Positions 28,865 through 38,854 of a stretch of 64,000 nt of DNA are shown here, in pieces (position 1 is the first letter of the stretch; every line of letters begins with the position of its first letter). The DNA lies in sequence record SRR20825006_2271. The stretch is one strand, 5' to 3'. The notes under the pieces were generated by a model, which searched no databases, was not told the origin of the DNA, and saw only the letters and a list, made by a program, of their open reading frames with translations. The position numbers and the translations under genes are program-made.

Positions 28865-30412
28865 ATGAAAAAACACACGATAAAAGTTTTTCTAATTGCG
28901 CTTACCACAAGCTTGTTCTACAGCTGTGGTGATGAATTAGAAATCATAAACCCAAACCGCTTGGCGGCTGATGCGTACTATACCAATGAAGATCAGGCGA
29001 TAGCTGCGGTAGATGCGATATACAATACGTTGATCATAGACGGCTTGTACCAGCGTATGACGCCGGTTATTGGCGACGGTCGAAGCGATGAAACTAAATC
29101 TAGAAGTCCGTGGGCTTTCTTACAACAGACCAGTAATTTCACAGTTCCCGGTACAGACGATGCTGTAGGCTGGTGTTATGAGGGGTACTATATCACGGTA
29201 AACCGTGCCAATCAGGCTTTAGAGAATATACCGTTGATTGAAGAGATGGATGAAGATCTGAGAGGTAGGTTATTAGGTCAAGCTTATTTTTTAAGAGCCT
29301 TGGCATATTTTAATCTAACTAACATTTATGATAATGTTCCTTTAGTATTGAGTGTTCCTAAAAGTGAAGATGATTTCTTTCCTTCAAATCAGGAGGTGAC
29401 TCAAGCTACTATTTATGCACAAGTAGAGGCAGACCTTACTGAGGCTATTGCAAGTTTACCGGCAGATTATACTTCGGTTAGTGGTGCAGATAGCGGTCAC
29501 GTAGGTAGAGCGACTTTAGGTGCAGCACAATCTTTAATGGGTAAATTAAAGCTATATCAAGGCGATTATGATGCTGCGCTACCTTACTTTAGAACAGTAG
29601 TTGAATCACAGCGCTATGATCTAGCTGCGAATTACCAAGATCTTTTTTCTCAGGATCCTAGCGTAGAAGCGGCAAATCCGGGTCGCATTTTTTGGGCGGA
29701 ATTCACACAGAGTTTAAATTCGGTTTTTAACTGGGGTGGTGATCCTAGTGTGAACTGGAGACAGTTTATCGCTTTGGCACCTACCTATTCAGGAGCTGAT
29801 TTCTATGACTTTTTTCCTACGCAGTTTTTAGTTGATGAATTGTCATCAGAAAGAACCGTAAACGGAAATTTAGATCCACGCTATGCGGCAACTATCTTAA
29901 GCTACAACGAAGAAGAAGGTCTTACACAAGCTTACGGTCGTGATTATTTCTTAGACCGAAACTTGAATTATATAGCTAAATATACCTTGGCAAATTCTGG
30001 AGGTGATCCGTTTACCGCGGGTATCAATTACCACGTGATTCGCTTTGCAGATGTATTATTAATGTATGCTGAATGTCTTGCGAATACCGGTGATATTCCT
30101 ACGGCAGCGGCACAAGTACAGCGTGTGCGTGATCGTGCAAATCTTCCGGATAGAGAAGCAGAATTTGCGGGGTATAACTTGACTCAGTTTATGAACCAAT
30201 TAGCGCACGAGCGTGTAACTGAATTAGCCATTGAAGGGTTACGCTACTACGATATTAAGCGCTGGGGATGGTTAGAAGATTCTTCAAGGTTATCACAGTT
30301 ACAAGCTAATGATGATGAGTTTGACACCTTTGCCAACGGTAGAGAATACCAGCCGTTACCACAGGGTGAGTTAGACCGTAATCCTAATTTAGTTCCTAAC
30401 TCTGCTAATTAA
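28865..30412 (+). CDS. susD: SusD/RagB glycan-binding lipoprotein
   Basis: Lipobox FYSC; A.FLRALAYF.L, IRFADVLLMYAE, ER..EL..EG.RYYDIKRWG. Confidence 0.95.
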   Translation: MKKHTIKVFLIALTTSLFYSCGDELEIINPNRLAADAYYTNEDQAIAAVDAIYNTLIIDGLYQRMTPVIGDGRSDETKSRSPWAFLQQTSNFTVPGTDDAVGWCYEGYYITVNRANQALENIPLIEEMDEDLRGRLLGQAYFLRALAYFNLTNIYDNVPLVLSVPKSEDDFFPSNQEVTQATIYAQVEADLTEAIASLPADYTSVSGADSGHVGRATLGAAQSLMGKLKLYQGDYDAALPYFRTVVESQRYDLAANYQDLFSQDPSVEAANPGRIFWAEFTQSLNSVFNWGGDPSVNWRQFIALAPTYSGADFYDFFPTQFLVDELSSERTVNGNLDPRYAATILSYNEEEGLTQAYGRDYFLDRNLNYIAKYTLANSGGDPFTAGINYHVIRFADVLLMYAECLANTGDIPTAAAQVQRVRDRANLPDREAEFAGYNLTQFMNQLAHERVTELAIEGLRYYDIKRWGWLEDSSRLSQLQANDDEFDTFANGREYQPLPQGELDRNPNLVPNSAN

Positions 30413-30441
30413 GAGTAGTTTAAATTTTTAAAGATCAAACC

Positions 30442-33400
30442 TTGAAAATCAAAAACCTATTTGTTTTAGTATTTGCCGTTGTGGTAAGTTCTTGTGCAGA
30501 TAATAAAAAGTCTGAGACGCTCTTTGAGCGTCTCAGTGCTTCTTATACGGGTATTGATTTTGAAAATATAATAACCACAAATGATTCGATCAACATACTC
30601 AATTATGAGTACCTCTATAATGGAGGTGGAGTAGGCGTTGGGGATTTTAACAACGATCACTTACCTGATGTTTTTTTCAGTGGAAATCTTACTTCTAGTA
30701 AACTCTATCTCAATAAAGGAGCTATGCAGTTTGAAGATATCACTACAACTTCTGGTATTGATACTTCCGGAAAGTGGACAACCGGAGTGAGTGTGATCGA
30801 TGTGAATCAAGATGGTTATGATGATATTTATTTAAGTGTGGGTGGAATGGGGAACAGAAGTGAGTTCCCCAATCTGCTTTACATCAATAACGGCGATTTA
30901 ACCTTCACTGAAGCTGCAACCGAATACGGTTTGGCAGATCAGGGAGAGTCTATTCAAGCGGTGTTTTTTGATTACGATCTAGACGGAGATCTGGATATGT
31001 ATTTATTAACCGGCGGCGGATTTGAGAATTCTGCAATCAGTGTTAAACCAATGCAAACTAACGGAAGTGCCAGGAATACAGATCGGTTCTATCGCAACGA
31101 TTACAATGAGCAACTGGGACATCCGGTTTTTACAAATGTTTCGGCAGAAGCCGGAATCACTTTTGAAGGTTTTGGATTAGGCGTTTCGGTATTAGATGCC
31201 AATAACGACAACTGGCCAGACCTTTATATTTCAAATGATTACTTATCAAGAGATTTACTTTATGTAAATCAACAAAATGGAAAATTTAACGAAGAGGGCT
31301 TAAACTATTTTGGGCATATGAGTCACTTTTCAATGGGGAATGATGTAGCAGATATTGATAACGACGGTTTTACAGATGTGATTACCGTTGATATGTTGCC
31401 CGAAGATTTAAAGCGAAGAAAATTAATGTCTGGAGCTAATTCATACGACATATTTCAGATTGCCTTACGCTATGGCTACGGGCATCAGTATATGCGTAAT
31501 ATGCTTCAGCATAACAACGGTGATGGTACCTATAGCGAAATAGGTCAGTTTGCCGGTATAGATAAAACAGATTGGAGTTGGGCTCCGCTGCTTGCAGATT
31601 TTGACAACGATGGCTTTAATGATCTGTATATAACAAACGGTTTTGGCAAAGACATTACCGATATGGATTTTGTGAAGTTTAGAGAAAGTAGAAGTTCGTC
31701 TTTTGGTAGTGGTGGCCAATTGCATAAAGCAGTTAAAGACTGTCTAGTTACACGGCCAGCGATTAAGGTCGCTAATTATGCTTTTAAAAATGTAGATGGG
31801 CAGTCCTTCATAAAAAATACTGAAGCTTGGGGTTTTGACGAAGCGTCTATTTCAAGTGGCGCGGTGTATGCCGATTTTGATAACGACGGAGACCTTGACC
31901 TTATAACAAGTAATATTAATGCTCCGGCTTTTGTTTATAAGAATACCCTCAATGACAGTTTAGGACCAGATTCAAACTACTTAAAAGTAGATCTAAACGG
32001 TTCAAAGAATAATTTAAAAGGAATTGGCGCATCTGTGCGTATTTATTCAGACGGTACTGAAAAAATTAGAGTTAACAATCCGGTACGTGGGTTTCAAAGC
32101 ACGGTGAGTACCACATTGCATTTTGGGTTGAAGAATCTCAAAACGATAGATAGCTTGATTGTGCAATGGCCAGACGGAAAGCAATCTGTAGCGCGTAATA
32201 TTAAGGTCAATCAGCAGTTAACTCTGTCTTATGATAATGCGGAATTTAATACTGGTTCTGAAATTGCCAATGCAACTATTTTGACTTCTATTGAAGCGAT
32301 TGATTATACACATATTGATCGTTTTAATAACGATTATGCCACGCAACCTTTGCTGATGCATAAATACTCAGAGCAAGGTCCAAGTCTCGCAGTGGGAGAT
32401 TTAAATGGAGATGGTCTCGAAGATGTATTCATCGGCGGAAGCTACGGTGAAAATTCTACTATTTTATATCAGCAAAAGGATCAAAGCTTTAAAAAGCAAG
32501 AACTCCCGGAAACAGAACTTTTTGAAGATGGTCAGGCAGTAATTTTTGATGCCAATAATGATGGCAAGTTAGACCTCTACGTGACCAGCGGAGGTACGGA
32601 GCGTTATGCAGGTCATAAATCCTATCAGGATCGCTTGTATTTTAATACCGCTACTGGTTTTGTAGCACGGCCATTGCCAGAAATGCTTACGAGCACTTTT
32701 GCCGTGACGGCAGCAGATTTTGATAACGATGGTTTTGTAGATCTATTTGTGGGAGGACGCGTGGTACCGGGGAAATTTCCAACGGCGCCGCAGAGTTATA
32801 TTTTGAAGAATAACGGTGGAAATTTTGTAGATGTAACGGCTGAGGTTTGTCCCTTTCTACAAAATGCTGGAATGGTCACTGCTGCAACTTTTAGCGATTA
32901 CAACAAAGACGGAAAAGTCGATCTCATCCTTGCCGGCGAATTTATGCCTATAACGGTATTGGAGAATACAGGTAGGACGTTTAAAAATAAAACCGAAGCA
33001 CTCGGTCTCAGCAAAACAACAGGTTTATGGAATAGTATTACCGCAGCCGATTTTGATAATGATGGCGATATAGATTTTGCTGCAGGGAATATTGGGTTGA
33101 ATACGGTTTTAAATTCGGGACAACATCAAGCCTTAAAAGTGGACTTTGCTGATTTTGACAATAACGGTTACGTAGATCCTATCTTTTCAAAATATGAGGA
33201 AAGAGCTTATTTTCCGATAGCTACACTAGATCAGTTAACACAGCAATTACCACAACTCAAAAAGAAATTCCTCTATTATCACAGATTTGCTAAAGCAAAC
33301 ACGAGTGAGTTGCTTCAGCTTTTAAAAACTCCGTATCAAACGCTTAAGGCCGAAGAGTTAAGAAGCATACTAATTGAAAATACAGAAACAGGATTTATTA

Positions 33401-33750
33401 TAAAACCTTTACCTACTGAAGCGCAGCTGGCGCCGGTAAATGCAATGCTTTGTGAAGATATTGATCAGGATGGATATCTAGATCTGTTACTTGTGGGTAA
33501 TGATTACAGCGCAGAAGTCAACGGCGGGCGTTACGATGCGTCTTTTGGTACTACTTTGCTGAATACTCAAGATGGAGGCTTTAAAGAATTTCCCCGTAAA
33601 CACTCTGGTTTCACGCTAAAAGGAGATTCAAAAAGCATTGTAAAAGTACCTGTCAGTAATGACGATTTAATTCTAGTTGGTCGCAACGGTGATACGATAG
33701 CGACCTTTAAATACTCAAATAAAAACACACACAATTCAAACACCAAATAA
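30442..33750 (+). CDS. FG-GAP/VCBS-repeat lipoprotein with central ASPIC/UnbV-like domain
   Basis: TTG start, lipobox VSSC. Fourteen DxxxDG-type motifs (7+7) flank a N..GIGA.V...RGFQS......LHFGL...V.WPDG domain. Confidence 0.88.
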   Translation: MKIKNLFVLVFAVVVSSCADNKKSETLFERLSASYTGIDFENIITTNDSINILNYEYLYNGGGVGVGDFNNDHLPDVFFSGNLTSSKLYLNKGAMQFEDITTTSGIDTSGKWTTGVSVIDVNQDGYDDIYLSVGGMGNRSEFPNLLYINNGDLTFTEAATEYGLADQGESIQAVFFDYDLDGDLDMYLLTGGGFENSAISVKPMQTNGSARNTDRFYRNDYNEQLGHPVFTNVSAEAGITFEGFGLGVSVLDANNDNWPDLYISNDYLSRDLLYVNQQNGKFNEEGLNYFGHMSHFSMGNDVADIDNDGFTDVITVDMLPEDLKRRKLMSGANSYDIFQIALRYGYGHQYMRNMLQHNNGDGTYSEIGQFAGIDKTDWSWAPLLADFDNDGFNDLYITNGFGKDITDMDFVKFRESRSSSFGSGGQLHKAVKDCLVTRPAIKVANYAFKNVDGQSFIKNTEAWGFDEASISSGAVYADFDNDGDLDLITSNINAPAFVYKNTLNDSLGPDSNYLKVDLNGSKNNLKGIGASVRIYSDGTEKIRVNNPVRGFQSTVSTTLHFGLKNLKTIDSLIVQWPDGKQSVARNIKVNQQLTLSYDNAEFNTGSEIANATILTSIEAIDYTHIDRFNNDYATQPLLMHKYSEQGPSLAVGDLNGDGLEDVFIGGSYGENSTILYQQKDQSFKKQELPETELFEDGQAVIFDANNDGKLDLYVTSGGTERYAGHKSYQDRLYFNTATGFVARPLPEMLTSTFAVTAADFDNDGFVDLFVGGRVVPGKFPTAPQSYILKNNGGNFVDVTAEVCPFLQNAGMVTAATFSDYNKDGKVDLILAGEFMPITVLENTGRTFKNKTEALGLSKTTGLWNSITAADFDNDGDIDFAAGNIGLNTVLNSGQHQALKVDFADFDNNGYVDPIFSKYEERAYFPIATLDQLTQQLPQLKKKFLYYHRFAKANTSELLQLLKTPYQTLKAEELRSILIENTETGFIIKPLPTEAQLAPVNAMLCEDIDQDGYLDLLLVGNDYSAEVNGGRYDASFGTTLLNTQDGGFKEFPRKHSGFTLKGDSKSIVKVPVSNDDLILVGRNGDTIATFKYSNKNTHNSNTK

Positions 33751-33757
33751 TTACACT

Positions 33758-35308
33758 ATGATGAACAAACTACAGCTTATAGGTGCATTTGTAATTGCAT
33801 TTTGCAGCGTTACGGTGCTTAATGCTCAAGATGCAACCATTACCGTAAAACCTTCGGAAGATGCGCCTACGATCAGCAAGCATATTTATGGCCATTTTGC
33901 AGAACACTTAGGACGTTCTATTTATGATGGTTTTTATGTGGGAGAAGACAGTCCCATCCCTAATACAGATGGAGTACGTAATGATTTGATTGAAGCTTTA
34001 AAAGCGATCAAAATTCCTAACCTGCGTTGGCCGGGAGGTTGTTTTGCAGATACTTATCATTGGAAAGATGGAATTGGTCCACAAGAGGATCGCCCAACTA
34101 TTGTAAACACTTGGTGGGGTGGTGTAACCGAAGATAACAGCTTTGGTACCCATAACTTTCTAAACTTATGTGAGGCATTGGATACCGAACCTTATCTCGC
34201 CGGAAATGTGGGTAGCGGTACCGTAAAGGAATTGGCAGATTGGGTACAATATGTGAACCACGACGGTACGAGCCCGATGGCCGATTTGCGTAAAGAAAAC
34301 GGTCGGGAGAAATCTTGGGGAGTTACCTATTGGGGCGTTGGAAATGAAATGTGGGGCTGCGGTGGAAATATGGAGCCGGAGTTCTATGCCAACCTGTACC
34401 GCCAGTATGCAACCTTTATGGGCAGCTGGAATAACGAAGCCGGTTTATACCGAATTGCTTCGGGAGCTAATAGTGCAGACTATAACTGGACCGAAGTATT
34501 GATGAAAAATATTCCTAAAAACTTAATCGATGGGGTTGCGCTGCACCATTATTCTGTGATCGATTGGGGTGCTAAAGGTCCTGATGTTACTTTTTCTGAA
34601 GAGCAATATTTTACCACAATGAAGTCATCTTTATTTATGGATGAGCTCATCACCAAGCACGTGGCGATTATGGATAAATATGACAAGAATAAAGAAGTTG
34701 ATCTTGTTGTTGACGAGTGGGGTGGATGGTACGAAGTACAAGAAGGTACTAACCCGGGCTTCTTATATCAGCAAAACACCATGCGTGATGCGATGATTGC
34801 CGGGACTACCTTAAATATTTTTCACAACCATAGTGATCGAGTAAAAATGGCAAACTTGGCGCAAACCGTTAATGTGTTGCAGGCTGTTGCACTTACAAAA
34901 GGGGAGCAAATGATCTTGACGCCTACCTACCACATTTTAAAAATGTATATGGTGCACCAAGATGCGCAATTGATTCCTATGGATTTAGATACGCCAGATT
35001 ATGAACTAAACGGGGATAAACTTCCTGCAATTTCTGCTTCGGCTTCAAAAGATGCTGAAGGCAAAACGCATATTTCTCTAGTAAATATCGATGCACATAA
35101 AGAAAACACAGTGAGTATTGATCTAAGCGAATTAGACATCAAAGATTTTTCTGCTGAAATTTTAGCTTCAGAAAAACTTCAGGATCACAATTCTTTTGAA
35201 GATCCTAAACATATCATGCCTGAAGGGTTTAAAGATTTTAAATTCAAGAAAGGAGTTCTAGAAGTGACATTGCCGGCATTTTCGGTAGTGGTCCTAGAAG
35301 GAAAATAA
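33758..35308 (+). CDS. GH51 alpha-L-arabinofuranosidase
   Basis: IYGHFAEHLGR, LRWPGGCFAD.YHW, WGVGNE, VDEWG.W, MANLAQTVNVLQ. Confidence 0.94.
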   Translation: MMNKLQLIGAFVIAFCSVTVLNAQDATITVKPSEDAPTISKHIYGHFAEHLGRSIYDGFYVGEDSPIPNTDGVRNDLIEALKAIKIPNLRWPGGCFADTYHWKDGIGPQEDRPTIVNTWWGGVTEDNSFGTHNFLNLCEALDTEPYLAGNVGSGTVKELADWVQYVNHDGTSPMADLRKENGREKSWGVTYWGVGNEMWGCGGNMEPEFYANLYRQYATFMGSWNNEAGLYRIASGANSADYNWTEVLMKNIPKNLIDGVALHHYSVIDWGAKGPDVTFSEEQYFTTMKSSLFMDELITKHVAIMDKYDKNKEVDLVVDEWGGWYEVQEGTNPGFLYQQNTMRDAMIAGTTLNIFHNHSDRVKMANLAQTVNVLQAVALTKGEQMILTPTYHILKMYMVHQDAQLIPMDLDTPDYELNGDKLPAISASASKDAEGKTHISLVNIDAHKENTVSIDLSELDIKDFSAEILASEKLQDHNSFEDPKHIMPEGFKDFKFKKGVLEVTLPAFSVVVLEGK

Positions 35309-35318
35309 ATCTATTGCT

Positions 35319-36854
35319 ATGAAAAAGAATAAAGAAATTACAAGGTTATTGTATAAGGGACTTTTTGTCTTTTGTTGTGCGTTGACAATTTCGTGTTCAT
35401 CAGATTCACCGGTGGAAGAAACAAGTGGTGAGCCTGAAACACCAACAACTCCAGAAGAAGAGCCGGAAGAACCTGTAGCAGCAAAGGTATATACGGTTGA
35501 TAACATTACTGATACTTATTATGATGTTGCCGGTGTTGAGAATGTTGCCAATTGGGGACCGTATAACGTGCACGATCCGTCTGTGATCAAAGTGGGTAAT
35601 ACCTATTATTGTTACAATACAGATGTATCTTTTGGCTCAGATGTACGTCCCGGAATCCAGATTCGTAAATCAGAGGATTTGATCAATTGGGAATGGATTG
35701 GTTGGGCATTTAACGGGTTGCCCGCCAAAGGCGCTGCGTATATCAGAAGCAAAGGCGGAACACCTTTTCAAGCGCTTTGGGCACCATATGTGATGAAGGT
35801 TGGCGACGAGTATCGTTTGTACTATTCACTATCTTCTTCTACCGGAAGGTTAAGCACTATGGGGCTCGCCACTTCTGACAGTCCTGAAGGACCTTGGGTC
35901 GAAAAGGATTTGGTGGTTTCATCAGAACCGGGAGGTCCCGTGCAAACCAATGCGATCGACCCCTCGGTGGTGGTTACCCCGGCAGGCGAACATTGGTTCT
36001 ACTATGGTTCTGCGTATGACGGAATTTATAAACTCAAACTAAATGCACAAACCGGTCTTGCTGCAAGCCCCGGCGATACAGGAAGTAGAGTTGCGCAACG
36101 TGGTTTTACAAATGGAATCGTGAATGGAAATATTGAGGGACCCGAAGTGATCTATAATGAGGATCAAAATAAGTATTATATGTTCATTGCCTACGATTGG
36201 CTGCAAACTAAATATAACGTGCGCGTAGGCCGAAGCGATACTCCAGATGGACCATTTTATGACTATAATGGTTTAGATATCAATACGGAAGAAGATAACG
36301 GTCCCATGATTCTGGCGCCTTATCGTTTTGATGAGCATTCGGGTTGGCAAGGAGTTTCGCATCCCGGAGTATTTAAAGATGATAGCGGTCAGTATTATAT
36401 GGCACATCAAGGAAGACCAGGTGAAAACAGCTTCTTTATGGTATTGCACGTGCGTAAAATTCACTGGACGGAAGACGGTTGGCCTATTGTTTCGCCTGAG
36501 CGATTTGCAGATGTGGCGCAGACTACAATCACGGATGCAGACTTAGTTGGAAATTACGAACAAATCATTTTTGGATACACCGTAACACCGGGATATGCCG
36601 ATGAACAACGCTATCCCGATTTTCAAAATTCAATTGATCTGACTTTAAATGCTGACGGGAGTATTAACACTAACGCTAATGATGTATGGAGTTATGACGC
36701 GCCGTGGCTTACGTTGAATTTTGGTGACGGAACCTTTGTAGATAAACTCTACGTAGAGCGCGGTCGTGATTGGGAGAATGAAGTAGAATCCACCATTTTA
36801 CTTTCAGGATTAAATAATGAAGGAACTGCCATTTGGGGCAAAAAAATTAATTAA
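35319..36854 (+). CDS. GH43 endo-1,5-alpha-L-arabinanase lipoprotein (subfamily 4-like) with C-terminal beta domain
   Basis: VHDPS, LWAP, NAIDP, IEGP; lipobox ISC followed by a Pro/Glu-rich linker. Confidence 0.85.
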   Translation: MKKNKEITRLLYKGLFVFCCALTISCSSDSPVEETSGEPETPTTPEEEPEEPVAAKVYTVDNITDTYYDVAGVENVANWGPYNVHDPSVIKVGNTYYCYNTDVSFGSDVRPGIQIRKSEDLINWEWIGWAFNGLPAKGAAYIRSKGGTPFQALWAPYVMKVGDEYRLYYSLSSSTGRLSTMGLATSDSPEGPWVEKDLVVSSEPGGPVQTNAIDPSVVVTPAGEHWFYYGSAYDGIYKLKLNAQTGLAASPGDTGSRVAQRGFTNGIVNGNIEGPEVIYNEDQNKYYMFIAYDWLQTKYNVRVGRSDTPDGPFYDYNGLDINTEEDNGPMILAPYRFDEHSGWQGVSHPGVFKDDSGQYYMAHQGRPGENSFFMVLHVRKIHWTEDGWPIVSPERFADVAQTTITDADLVGNYEQIIFGYTVTPGYADEQRYPDFQNSIDLTLNADGSINTNANDVWSYDAPWLTLNFGDGTFVDKLYVERGRDWENEVESTILLSGLNNEGTAIWGKKIN

Positions 36855-36855
36855 A

Positions 36856-37869
36856 ATGAAAAAGCAGATTTATACAGTATTAGCAGTAACAGCACTTTTA
36901 GCAAGTTGTAAAACCACAGCACAGACAGAAGAGGTGAGTGTAGAACGTGGTCAGGCACTTTTTGAAAAGCTTGAAGCGTCTTATAATAATCCGATTATAA
37001 AAGACAAATACACTGCAGATCCTGCGGCTTTGGTACACGATGGTCGCGTGTATATTTACGCTGGCCACGATATGGCACCTGACAATGAAGAACGCTACAT
37101 TATGGATGAGTGGTTGCTGTATTCTTCAGACGATATGATCAATTGGAAAGAGCATCCCGTGCCCTTAAAACCCACTGATTTTGACTGGGCAATTCATTCG
37201 GCCTGGGCGGCTGAGGTTGTTGAAAAGGATGGGAAATTCTATTGGTTTGTGACCGTTCAACACGACGAGTCAAAGCACGGTAAAGCAATTGGTGTAGCCG
37301 TGGCAGACAGCCCGGAGGGACCTTGGAAAGATGCTATTGGCAAAGCGTTGATCACTAATGATATGACCACGCAAACCGGCATCAGCTGGGATGATATAGA
37401 TCCAACGGTTTTTATTGATGATGACGGTACGCCTTATTTATATTGGGGAAATCAGGTGTGTAAATATGTAAAGTTAAAAGATAATATGATCGAGATGGAC
37501 GGTCCTATCCACACCGTTGATCTTCCTAAATTTACTGAAGCACCATACATTCATAAACGTGGCGACTGGTATTATTTGTCTTATGCTTACGACTTTCCGG
37601 AGAAAACCGCCTATGCGATGTCAAAATCAATTACCGGTCCGTGGGAATATAAAGGGATTTTGAATGAAGTTGCGGGTAACAGTAATACCAATCATCAATC
37701 GATTATTGAATTTGAAGACAAGTGGTATTTCGTTTATCATAACGGAAGCATTCCAACACACGGGAGCAGTTTTCACCGTTCGGTTTGTGTAGATCGTTTA
37801 TATTACAACGAAGACGGGACGATCAAACGCATTGTGATGACTTCAGAAGGAATTCAACCAGAAAACTAA
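36856..37869 (+). CDS. GH43 exo-arabinofuranosidase-like lipoprotein (subfamily 29-like)
   Basis: TADPAALV, AWA, IDPTVF, FTEAP, TNHQ. ATG 36856 gives a lipoprotein signal (LASC). Confidence 0.83.
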   Translation: MKKQIYTVLAVTALLASCKTTAQTEEVSVERGQALFEKLEASYNNPIIKDKYTADPAALVHDGRVYIYAGHDMAPDNEERYIMDEWLLYSSDDMINWKEHPVPLKPTDFDWAIHSAWAAEVVEKDGKFYWFVTVQHDESKHGKAIGVAVADSPEGPWKDAIGKALITNDMTTQTGISWDDIDPTVFIDDDGTPYLYWGNQVCKYVKLKDNMIEMDGPIHTVDLPKFTEAPYIHKRGDWYYLSYAYDFPEKTAYAMSKSITGPWEYKGILNEVAGNSNTNHQSIIEFEDKWYFVYHNGSIPTHGSSFHRSVCVDRLYYNEDGTIKRIVMTSEGIQPEN

Positions 37870-37872
37870 ACT

Positions 37873-38853
37873 ATGAAAACGCTTTTCACCCTTTTTAGTC
37901 TTTTAGTTTTCCATAGCCTTTTCGCTCAAGACATCCGCGTTCACGATCCGGTTGCGATCAAGCAGGGCGATACCTATTATCTCTTTTGCACCGGAAGAGG
38001 AATTTCAGTATTCAGTTCGCCGGATTTAAAAAACTGGGAAAAAGAACCTCAAGTATTTACTGAAGAACCGGTATGGGCAGATGATGTTGCGGCAGATTTC
38101 AATAATCATATTTGGGCTCCGGATATCACGTTCCATAACGGTAAATACTATTTGTATTATTCGGTTTCCGCTTTCGCAAAAAATACTTCAGCGATCGGTC
38201 TGACGGTTAATACAACTCTTGATGCAGACGATCCCAATTACAAATGGGAAGATCAGGGGATCGTGATCCAGTCGGTTCCTAATCGCGATTTATGGAATGC
38301 CATTGATCCTAATTTGATTTTTGACGAGGATGATACGCCGTATTTGGCATTTGGTTCTTTTTGGGAAGGATTAAAAATGGTAAAGCTTTCAGAGGATTTA
38401 AAAGCTATCGCGCAGCCGCAAGAATGGCATACGATTGCGCGCCGGGAACGTTCTTTTGATCTGGCAGATGCCAATCCCGGAGATGCAGCGCTAGAAGCGC
38501 CTTTCATCTTCAAAAAAGGAGATTGGTACTATGAGTTTTTGTCTTGGGATTTATGCTGTCGCGGCGAAAACAGCACCTACAAAGTAGTGGTAGGGCGTTC
38601 TAAAAGCGCGACCGGTCCTTATGTAGATAAAGACGGTTTAGCCCTAAATAACGGTGGCGGAACCTTGATCATCGAAGGAAATGAAAATTGGTATGGCGCG
38701 GGTCATAACAGTACCTACACGTTCGACGGAAAGGATTACATCATCTTTCACGCGTATGATGCTAATGATAATGGCGCACCAAAATTAAAAATTGCTGAAC
38801 TTCAGTGGGATGCTGAAGGCTGGCCAACTTTAAAAGATAATGTTCTTGATTAA
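37873..38853 (+). CDS. GH43 arabinanase (subfamily 5-like)
   Basis: VHDP, IWAPDI, WNAIDP, FGSFW.G, LEAPFI, DLCCRG, GHNS. Confidence 0.87.
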   Translation: MKTLFTLFSLLVFHSLFAQDIRVHDPVAIKQGDTYYLFCTGRGISVFSSPDLKNWEKEPQVFTEEPVWADDVAADFNNHIWAPDITFHNGKYYLYYSVSAFAKNTSAIGLTVNTTLDADDPNYKWEDQGIVIQSVPNRDLWNAIDPNLIFDEDDTPYLAFGSFWEGLKMVKLSEDLKAIAQPQEWHTIARRERSFDLADANPGDAALEAPFIFKKGDWYYEFLSWDLCCRGENSTYKVVVGRSKSATGPYVDKDGLALNNGGGTLIIEGNENWYGAGHNSTYTFDGKDYIIFHAYDANDNGAPKLKIAELQWDAEGWPTLKDNVLD

Positions 38854-38854
38854 A

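Noticed and set aside
30442-33750. Recurring GATTTTGATAACGATGG-like nucleotide repeats as a possible CRISPR or tandem array
   Set aside because: They are degenerate, irregularly spaced, in frame, and encode the DFDNDG protein repeats.
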